This document shows positions 21,651 through 29,547 of a stretch of 64,000 bases of DNA, piece after piece (the stretch's first letter is position 1; each line of letters opens with the position of its first letter). The notes below the pieces were generated by a model. That model had not been told where the DNA came from, did not search any database, and worked only from the letters and a program-made list of their open reading frames with translations. A program made the translations under genes and the position numbers. Origin of the DNA: Dehalococcoidia bacterium (lineage in GTDB: Bacteria; Chloroflexota; Dehalococcoidia; Lucifugimonadales; UBA3495); assembly GCA_965261885.1 (NCBI GenBank), contig CBDHDY010000039.1, forward strand, positions 10,802 to 74,801, given 5' to 3'.

Positions 21651-24600
21651 CTAAATTCCTCCCAGCGCCTCTCGCTCTTCTTCCTCTTCATTGGCGCCCA
21701 CGATGGCATCGTCCAGTTGTCGGAGCAAGGTCTTGGCCCAGCGACTCACCTCTGGCTTCGAATGTTGGAGGAGCCTGCCAATTGGCTCTTTGTAGAGGGT
21801 GTAGTAGTTAGTTCTTGACCCGAACCAACCGAAGGTTCGGATATTGCTCTCTACGGCTTGCCGGACGTCATCGCGGTCCCCGAACTCATTGAGCAGGTGG
21901 GCCATGACTGGATGCAGCGATCGCTCTGAGGCCGCGGTCTCCTGCGTTGTGAGGACTGGTACGAGCTTCGCGGTGTATGCCGGTGCACGTTCGGGGTGGG
22001 CGTGGCACCAGGCGAACAAGGTGGACTCCGGCAGGCTTAGAATCACGGGATTAGGCTTGCGTTCAATAGCGTATTGGTCTCCCAAGATAGAGGTCAAACG
22101 TGAAGCTCTACTTTGGTCGGAGACGATTACTTGGCCAACTAGCGGCCATGCAACCTCGGGAAAGCGCGACAGCAGATCAGAAAGGATCGTCTTTCCTAGG
22201 AAGCCGCAGTCGAAAGCCTCTACATTTGCCAACGCCTTTGCCAGAGCCAACGCCGTATTACTGGCGCAAGAGTCCTGCCTGCCCTTCCGAAGCGTCTCGT
22301 CCATGATTTGCTCAAAGCGATATTGCGATAAATTCCAGTCCCGTGCCGGTTGCCATCTTGTAGAGTTCTCCGCGAGCTTCAAGACTTGAGGATGAAGACC
22401 ATCCAGTTTCTTGGGCGAATTGAAGGCATATTTGTGCATAAGATCCACCGCTGCGGTGAATCCTTCGGCGCTGTGTTCAAGCAGCGTATCGAATAGAGGG
22501 GCAATCTCCCGAGCTGGAATCTCGGCAATTACCCAAGCATGTAGCCATTCGCTCAATCGCAGCGGAGGCAACACACCACCTTTAAGGGCGTCAATTGCCA
22601 GCTGAACATCGGAGGCGTCGATGCTGCTCCTCCCCCAAATCTGAGGCAGTGCCGAAGCAAGTTCGCGTGACCGAGCCGCTCTCTGCTTGAATGCAACCAC
22701 TACGTGCGGATGGTTCGTAGCCAGATGGGTGATGAATCCTGACAGCAAGTCATGGTTACGCTCACCCTCAGGGGCTTCTACAACAGCCTCTATAAATGGC
22801 TCCAACCATTCCAGTGGTGAGCTGGCAAGGTCGGCGACGGCGGCTCCGAATTGATAGGCCATTCTCTGCTGGCCACGGCTGAGTTGAGGCAAGGACGCCG
22901 CAAGAGTTGGTGGCTGCTGCAACAACTCGGCGGCCAATCCGTGCACCGCTTCAACTCGACATTGTTCCAGTAGACGGAAATCTGGTTCCCTGCTCTCAAG
23001 GTCGCCCCACGACATCTCCGTCACCGTCGAACGTATACGCGCCTCCAAGCCCCTAGGCTGCAACTCCTTTAACAGCTCTCTGACCCGCTCGGTTAATTCA
23101 GGGGTCATGTTCTCAGCATCAAAGGCAATAACAGCACGCACGCTCGTCATTCCCTCTGGCCAATAATCCTTCGCAGCACTCACTTCTGAGACAACTTTTT
23201 TCGCTGTATCAATGAACCCCTCACGGATCAGAATGGGCAGAGAATTACCAAGCCCTGAACGAGCAGAAATTCCAGCCAGGTCATCGTTCAAGGCGAACTG
23301 CGCGAGCCGTGTCGCACACCCATCTATGTAATTGACCACCTCTTCTTTGGTGTCCGGGCACCAAGATACCAGTGCTGAGCTAGACCCCTGGGACTCCGGG
23401 CCCAGCATCCGCTCAAAGGTACCTATCTCGCAGCCGCTGATCAGAGCATCACAAATGATCTCGCGCCGAGCAGGGTCGGCAGAGCCCGCGGCCTCATCCA
23501 GGAAAGAGAGTCGAGCAACGCCGTCGGCCGCCGTGCCGCCTAGGAGCATGGGGAAAAGCCCCTTGAATTTGCCGAGAGCGCCGCTTTCCCAACGAAGGTG
23601 CCAGAGGTCACTCTTCGCTGTAAGCCTGGATACAATCTCGTTTTCGTCGGAAGCGACGCGCAGCAAGAGACGCGCGCCCTCCTCAAATGTGTGGACATGG
23701 AAGGCGATCTTCTCCAAGGCCTGGACAAGGGCTCGTCGCGCGTCACTTCTGATTTCAGACAAGTCTTGGACATTTCCGAGTGATCGTTCTATCTGGTCTG
23801 CGACTGCCTCCGGGTCTACCTCGGCAAGGGCAGACCAGACCTCGGTGTAGGCTAACGGAGCGGTCCGTCCCAAACCGTCGAAGGGACCACCACGCCGGCA
23901 AACATGGGAGACCACCTTCCGGGAGACCTCGGTAGTGTTGAGCAGGGCCAGTTGTTTAGCCGCCAATGTCTTGAGACCAGGGCTGATGTCGCCAGACAAC
24001 ACCCTCTCCCAAGTGCTGGCAGGCCACTCTTTCCATTGGCGCTCCGCCAGTTTCATTGCGACCGGCCGTGGTTGGAGAGTGACAAATCTCCCTCGCCGCT
24101 GGACGACCCCTCGGTCGACCAGTTGGGCGACAGCGGCGTATAAGTCCTCGGTGCTGAGGCTGCGTCCCAAGCTGGCGATCTCGCTGAGTTGACCGTCAGC
24201 CTGGGGGCCTACGTCAACCAGACCGAACACAGCCAGCAGCGCCGCCGACTTGCGCAGCAACTCAGGGTCTCGGGGACTTCGTCCCAAGACGAAGGTGTCG
24301 ACGAAATGGTCGTCTGTGGCGTGGGCGACGGGTCTTGATTCGCTCCACGTCTTCCCGACGCGGACCGCAACCTCCGGGAAGCCCTTGGAAAAATGCTCAA
24401 GCCGACTCCGGTCCTCGTAAGGAAGGCCCGAGGAGACATGGCTGATGATGCCTTCTGTGACGGGGGGCGGAGCCTCCTCGATCCTCAATGTGGTCCCGTC
24501 CAGAGTTCCAATGGGAATTTCGTTGTCGATGGTCACCAACGACAGATGGCTACCCTGGTGCAAAACCATGGCTGAGAGCCCTTGATGGGACTCAGGACCG

Positions 24601-25718
24601 CAGTTGTCGACGACCACGACGGCGCGCTGGGGCGTAACTGCCAGGGTCTGAACAACCTCGCTTATAGCCGCGTAGCTGGTCTCAGTCTCGATGGCGTATA
24701 TGATCAGGTCGCTGGCAGAATTGCTTGCCTCATCTTCACCCTCCGTAGCTCTGAGGGCTTCAAGCACTAGACGGGACTTGCCGACGCCAGACAATCCGAC
24801 TAAGCGCAGGATTTGTCGGGGCGTCTCTACTATATCGCGGAGGCGGTCGCGCAAAGAGGACAAGCGCGCATCTTCCACCCACGGGGATTGATCGTGTTCG
24901 GCGCGGCCAGCCCAGTGGTTCCAGGAGCGGAAGGGACCGATGGTTCCGTGTGTCTGTTCCTTCACCCATGTGGCGACTGCAGGGTGGCTATTTACCCACG
25001 TGGCGATCTGTTCAGCGTCCCAAAAGTCGACCTGCTCGTCTTTGATGGTCATGCCGGTATAGCGGAGTTCTTTGCGAATGCGGGCTTTTCGGTGATTGAT
25101 TTCCCTCCCACTGTAGGGGTGCGCGCAGAGCATGATGTAGTGGCCGCCAATCTCGAGGGCAGAAAATATCATGTCCTTGACTGCGCCCTTGATCAGGACG
25201 TCCTTAGCTGCCGCTCCCGGCGATATCTTGCCGGCCTTCAACTGAAAGTGGTTGAGCCGGGAAGGAAGGAAGGACGTGCGCTCCGGGCCAGCCGTCCATG
25301 TGATGCTCCCGTCCTCCCCACCGTCTGGGACATGAATATTGCTAGCCACCCGAATGCCATCAGCCGGGAGACTGTGGGTTTGGGCTTCGGCACTCAGCAG
25401 CTTCCTCAGGAGCAGTGGCAGGTCCCGTTCTCGCAGAACCGAAATGTGGCCTCCGGTTACCTCAAACGGGCCGGATCCGAAAGCGATGACTGGTCGAGGC
25501 ATACCACCCCCCAGAGTGATAATCCCGGCGGGATTGGCCTCCAACAACCGCAACAGATTTATAACTGAGGCGGCGGGCTTTACGGTTCCGGCTTCGTACT
25601 TAGTGAAGGAGCTGGGGCCGCCTCCGATGAGTTCACCAGCCTCCACCTGTGATAGGCCCAAGCGTTCCCGAATGGAGCGGATCTCACTAGGTGCGAGTTC
25701 TTGTCTAATCCTAGACAT
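21651..25718 (-). CDS. XRE/MqsA-like HTH + PD-(D/E)xK-like nuclease + STAND-type P-loop NTPase + long helical repeat region (Avs/NLR-like defence protein)
   Basis: N-terminal IRSIRERLGLSQVEAGELIGGGPSSFTKYEAG, then PDGGEDG...HFQLKAG, Walker A GLSGVGKS, Walker B VVVVDNC, and ~850 aa alpha-helical C-terminus. ATG at 25718 with GAGG RBS; ~1355 aa. Confidence 0.8.
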   Translation of the reverse strand: MSRIRQELAPSEIRSIRERLGLSQVEAGELIGGGPSSFTKYEAGTVKPAASVINLLRLLEANPAGIITLGGGMPRPVIAFGSGPFEVTGGHISVLRERDLPLLLRKLLSAEAQTHSLPADGIRVASNIHVPDGGEDGSITWTAGPERTSFLPSRLNHFQLKAGKISPGAAAKDVLIKGAVKDMIFSALEIGGHYIMLCAHPYSGREINHRKARIRKELRYTGMTIKDEQVDFWDAEQIATWVNSHPAVATWVKEQTHGTIGPFRSWNHWAGRAEHDQSPWVEDARLSSLRDRLRDIVETPRQILRLVGLSGVGKSRLVLEALRATEGEDEASNSASDLIIYAIETETSYAAISEVVQTLAVTPQRAVVVVDNCGPESHQGLSAMVLHQGSHLSLVTIDNEIPIGTLDGTTLRIEEAPPPVTEGIISHVSSGLPYEDRSRLEHFSKGFPEVAVRVGKTWSESRPVAHATDDHFVDTFVLGRSPRDPELLRKSAALLAVFGLVDVGPQADGQLSEIASLGRSLSTEDLYAAVAQLVDRGVVQRRGRFVTLQPRPVAMKLAERQWKEWPASTWERVLSGDISPGLKTLAAKQLALLNTTEVSRKVVSHVCRRGGPFDGLGRTAPLAYTEVWSALAEVDPEAVADQIERSLGNVQDLSEIRSDARRALVQALEKIAFHVHTFEEGARLLLRVASDENEIVSRLTAKSDLWHLRWESGALGKFKGLFPMLLGGTAADGVARLSFLDEAAGSADPARREIICDALISGCEIGTFERMLGPESQGSSSALVSWCPDTKEEVVNYIDGCATRLAQFALNDDLAGISARSGLGNSLPILIREGFIDTAKKVVSEVSAAKDYWPEGMTSVRAVIAFDAENMTPELTERVRELLKELQPRGLEARIRSTVTEMSWGDLESREPDFRLLEQCRVEAVHGLAAELLQQPPTLAASLPQLSRGQQRMAYQFGAAVADLASSPLEWLEPFIEAVVEAPEGERNHDLLSGFITHLATNHPHVVVAFKQRAARSRELASALPQIWGRSSIDASDVQLAIDALKGGVLPPLRLSEWLHAWVIAEIPAREIAPLFDTLLEHSAEGFTAAVDLMHKYAFNSPKKLDGLHPQVLKLAENSTRWQPARDWNLSQYRFEQIMDETLRKGRQDSCASNTALALAKALANVEAFDCGFLGKTILSDLLSRFPEVAWPLVGQVIVSDQSRASRLTSILGDQYAIERKPNPVILSLPESTLFAWCHAHPERAPAYTAKLVPVLTTQETAASERSLHPVMAHLLNEFGDRDDVRQAVESNIRTFGWFGSRTNYYTLYKEPIGRLLQHSKPEVSRWAKTLLRQLDDAIVGANEEEEEREALGGI

Positions 25719-25752
25719 ATTGACCTCTAAGATGTAATGCACTATGGTATCA

Positions 25753-25763
25753 ACCATTATGGT
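25753..25763. promoter_or_regulatory. Palindrome ACCATTATGGT, candidate operator in the divergent promoter region
   Basis: Perfect 5-1-5 palindrome ~35 bp upstream of the STAND gene start, with a partial repeat ACTATGGT at 25741-25748. Confidence 0.3.
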
Positions 25764-25949
25764 CATATTCGCTGAGCAAAAGCAACGCTCTTAGAGACGA
25801 TGGGCGTGAATGGCTGGGCTGCGGGGACTTAGCTCGGCGTTGGGAACGAGGATTGACGAGTTGAACCCTGTGAGTCGACACTGAATGCTGGCCATTTGAC
25901 CACACGGGGTTCTGGGCTCAGGCGGCCAATCAACTCAGCGGTGAATGAC

Positions 25950-28900
25950 ATGGAAAACCCGTTCTACGACCGGCCGATACTGAACTCGCCCTATGATTAC
26001 CCCTACCGGCACTGGGAGCTGGACGAGACTGGGCAGCCTACCCAGCAGGTCATTGAGAGCCGACGTGGGGCCGAGTTCATTACGCCCATTCCCAAGCCGA
26101 GGCAGCGGGGAAGGGCGCGCGGTGGACGCCAGGAGCAACTGGTCTTCGACGAAGGGCAGGGTCTGTCCACGGCAGAGCAACAGTATGACGTTACTGCCGC
26201 CGTCAACGAAATTCGCCGGTACGTCGACCAGTGGCGCGACATCCCCAACCCGCGGGACTGGGGTGTGACGCCGGAGACGGCCCTGCTGCTCCAGCACTGG
26301 CGGCACCACAAGTTCAGCCATTACCGTCCCTTCTTCTGCCAGGTCGAAGCCGTTGAGACGTTAATCTGGCTGACCGAGGTCGCGCCGCGGCTCGGGCAGG
26401 GGGAAAGGCTGGCACTCCAGCGTCTGGAGAGCGCCAGCCTGGAGGCGAACCCGGAACTGTTGCGGGTCGCGCTGAAGCTGGCAACCGGGGCGGGCAAGAC
26501 CACGGTGATGGCCATGATCATCGCGTGGCAGACAATCAACGCCGTCCGGCATCCCAACAGCCGGAGGTTCACGCGGGGCTTCCTGGTGGTCACCCCCGGA
26601 ATTACCATCCGGGACCGGCTGCGGGTGCTGCAGCCTAACGACCCCGACAGCTACTACGCCAGCAGGGAACTGGTGCCCACCGATATGCTGGGCGACCTGC
26701 AGCGGGCCAGGATAGTCATCACCAACTATCATGGCCTCCGCCCCAGGGAGCGATTGTCGATATCCAGCGGCGGGAGGGACTTGTTGCAAGGGCCGGGCGA
26801 GCCCATCGAGACCGTGGAGTCCGAGGGCCAGATGATGCAGCGGGTGATGCCCGAACTGATGGCCCTCAAGAACATCATGGTCCTAAACGACGAGGGCCAC
26901 CATTGCTATCGCCAAAAGCCCGGTGAAGATGACGAGGGCCCTCTGACTGGTGAGGACAAGCGGGAGGCAGACCAGAACACCGAGGAAGCCAGGGTGTGGC
27001 TCTCCGGGCTGGAGATGGTCAAGAGGAAACTTGGTGTACGTCAAGTGGTGGACCTGTCGGCCACGCCCTTCTTCCTGCGTGGCTCCGGCTACGCGGAGGG
27101 CACTCTGTTCCCCTGGACCGCCAGCGACTTCTCGCTCATGGACGCCATCGAATCCGGGATCGTCAAGCTCCCGCGGGTTCCGGTGGCGGACAACATCCCG
27201 GGAGCCGACGTACCGGTGTTCCGAAACCTGTGGGAGCACATCCGCAAGGACATGCCTCGCGCGGGAAGGGGCCGGTCGGGTGACCTGGACCCACTGGACC
27301 TTCCCACGCCGTTACAGACTGCCCTAGAGGCCCTGTACGGCCACTACGAGAAGACTTTCAATGAGTGGGAGGCGGACGGCACTCCCTGTCCACCCTGTTT
27401 CATTGTCGTTTGCAACAACACGGCCACATCCAAGCTGGTCTACGACTATATATCAGGGTTCGAGCGCACCAACGAGGACGGCACGACCTCGGTTGTTAAC
27501 GGGAGACTCGCACTGTTTCGGAACTTCGATGAATACAACAACCGCTACTCCGTTCCGCGCACATTGCTGATCGACAGCCATCAGTTGGAGTCCGGGGAAA
27601 AACTCAGCGATGACTTCCGCCGCGCCGCTGCCGATCTGATAGAGCGGTTTCGGCGGGAACGCCAGGAGCGCACTGGAAATCGCGAGGAGGCCGACAAGAT
27701 CTCGGAGCAGGAACTCCTGCGCGAAGCAATGAACACGGTCGGCAAGGAAGGGCGGTTAGGACAGAACATACGCTGCGTGGTGTCTGTGTCCATGCTGACC
27801 GAGGGGTGGGACGCCAGCACCGTAACCCACGTCCTGGGAGTCCGGGCCTTTGGAACGCAGCTCTTGTGCGAGCAGGTGGTGGGTCGGGCCTTGAGGCGCC
27901 AGTCCTACGAGTTGAACGAGGGCAACAAATTCGACGTCGAGTACGCCGACGTGCTGGGTATTCCCTTCGACTTCACCGCCCGTCCGGTCGTGGTAGGCCC
28001 GGGCAAGCCGCGGCAGACGGTGCAGGTGAGGGCGATGCGGCCCGAGCGGGACCACCTCGAGATCACGTTCCCGAGAGTAGCCGGCTACCGGGAGGATCCA
28101 CCCAAAGAGGACTTGGTCGCCAATTTCACCGGTGACTCACGGCTGGACTTGACGCCAGACCTGGTGGGGCCAACACAGACCAGGAATGAAGGCATTATCG
28201 GCGAGGGAGTGGATCTGAACTTGGTACATACCGGCGACCTGCGCATGTCGACACTGGTGCTGCACCTGACAAAGCGGTTGCTGGAAACCAAGTGGCGGGA
28301 TCCCAACGAGGAGATGAAGCTGCACCTGTTCGGCAAGCTGCGGAACGTGGTCAAGGAGTGGCTGGACAACTATCTGGACTGCAGGGGTGGGACCTATCCG
28401 GCGCAGCTGATGTACCAGTCGCTGGCGGACATGGCCTGCAACCGCATCACCGCCGCCATCACCAGCAGGTACGGCGAGCGGTCCGTCAAGGCGCTGCTGG
28501 ACTCGTTCAACGCCACCGGCTCAACTCGCAACGTGAACTTCACCACCTCGCGGGAGGGATTGTGGGCCACCGACGCCCGCAGGTGCCACGTTAACTATGT
28601 TGTGCTGGACAGCGACTGGGAGGCCGAGTTCTGCAGGGTGGTGGAGTCGCACCCCTCCGTAAGGGCCTACGTTAAGAACCACAACCTGGGCCTGGAGGTG
28701 CCGTACCTGTATGGCTCCACGCCCCGGCGCTATTTCCCCGACTTTATTCTGCTGGTGAATGAAGGGAACGAAGACCCGCTCCACCTTATCGTCGAGATCA
28801 AGGGTTACCGGGGCGAGGACGCCAAGGAAAAGAAGAACACCATGGAAGCCTACTGGCTTCCGGGTGTGAACGCCCTCGGCAGCTACGGTCGGTGGGCCTT

Positions 28901-29120
28901 CGCCGAGTTCACCGACGTATTCGACATTGAGGCTGGCCTGCGGCAGGTAATTGAGTCGCACCAAAGAGAACACGGAAATAGATCGCCTGACTATAGCGGT
29001 CTCAGTTTCAAGGAACTGCTGGTATCTGGTCCTTCGTTTGACGGTCTGGAACTGACGCGATCTGCCGACTACGGACGCGATGTTTCTTTTCTCTATGACG
29101 ACGGCGGCGAGTCCCATTAG
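25950..29120 (+). CDS. res: Type III restriction enzyme Res subunit (BPTD_3080-like) with C-terminal antitoxin-like extension
   Basis: PILNSPY..P.RHWELDE N-terminus, LKLATGAGKT, LNDEGHHCY, DLSATP, SVSMLTEGWDA, EQVVGRALRR, nuclease YFPDF...IVEIKG. About 50 extra C-terminal residues. Confidence 0.92.
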   Translation: MENPFYDRPILNSPYDYPYRHWELDETGQPTQQVIESRRGAEFITPIPKPRQRGRARGGRQEQLVFDEGQGLSTAEQQYDVTAAVNEIRRYVDQWRDIPNPRDWGVTPETALLLQHWRHHKFSHYRPFFCQVEAVETLIWLTEVAPRLGQGERLALQRLESASLEANPELLRVALKLATGAGKTTVMAMIIAWQTINAVRHPNSRRFTRGFLVVTPGITIRDRLRVLQPNDPDSYYASRELVPTDMLGDLQRARIVITNYHGLRPRERLSISSGGRDLLQGPGEPIETVESEGQMMQRVMPELMALKNIMVLNDEGHHCYRQKPGEDDEGPLTGEDKREADQNTEEARVWLSGLEMVKRKLGVRQVVDLSATPFFLRGSGYAEGTLFPWTASDFSLMDAIESGIVKLPRVPVADNIPGADVPVFRNLWEHIRKDMPRAGRGRSGDLDPLDLPTPLQTALEALYGHYEKTFNEWEADGTPCPPCFIVVCNNTATSKLVYDYISGFERTNEDGTTSVVNGRLALFRNFDEYNNRYSVPRTLLIDSHQLESGEKLSDDFRRAAADLIERFRRERQERTGNREEADKISEQELLREAMNTVGKEGRLGQNIRCVVSVSMLTEGWDASTVTHVLGVRAFGTQLLCEQVVGRALRRQSYELNEGNKFDVEYADVLGIPFDFTARPVVVGPGKPRQTVQVRAMRPERDHLEITFPRVAGYREDPPKEDLVANFTGDSRLDLTPDLVGPTQTRNEGIIGEGVDLNLVHTGDLRMSTLVLHLTKRLLETKWRDPNEEMKLHLFGKLRNVVKEWLDNYLDCRGGTYPAQLMYQSLADMACNRITAAITSRYGERSVKALLDSFNATGSTRNVNFTTSREGLWATDARRCHVNYVVLDSDWEAEFCRVVESHPSVRAYVKNHNLGLEVPYLYGSTPRRYFPDFILLVNEGNEDPLHLIVEIKGYRGEDAKEKKNTMEAYWLPGVNALGSYGRWAFAEFTDVFDIEAGLRQVIESHQREHGNRSPDYSGLSFKELLVSGPSFDGLELTRSADYGRDVSFLYDDGGESH

Positions 29121-29545
29121 TGCATTTGCTTGATACAAACGTCGTCTCAGAATCGCGGAAGCGGGAGAGATGCGACGAGAATGTGACTACCTGGTATGCC
29201 AGCATTCCAGACGGAGACCTGTTTCTCAGTGTTCTGACATTGGGCGAAATTCGCAAAGGAATCGTGCTGGTCCGCGACCGTGCCCCCGGGCAGGCTGAAG
29301 CTCTTGAAAGTTGGCTGACGTTCGTGAAACAGAACTACGAAGGTCGGATTTTGCCAATCGACGCTGACATTTCGGACGCCTGGGGCCAAATGAACTATGT
29401 TCGAAACGTTCCCGTAGTCGACGGCCTTCTTGCCGCCACTGCTAAGGTTCACAATCTAACGTTGGTAACTCGCAATATTCAGCACATGCAGGGCCTGGGC
29501 GCGAGCTTGCTCGATCCCTTTGCCCCTGCTACCGGAGGGCAATAG
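29120..29545 (+). CDS. vapC: PIN domain VapC-family ribonuclease toxin
   Basis: LLDTNVVSE, TLGEIRKG, VDGLLAATA, LVTRN show all acidic PIN residues. The GTG start overlaps the res TAG stop. Confidence 0.93.
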   Translation: MHLLDTNVVSESRKRERCDENVTTWYASIPDGDLFLSVLTLGEIRKGIVLVRDRAPGQAEALESWLTFVKQNYEGRILPIDADISDAWGQMNYVRNVPVVDGLLAATAKVHNLTLVTRNIQHMQGLGASLLDPFAPATGGQ

Positions 29546-29547
29546 CC

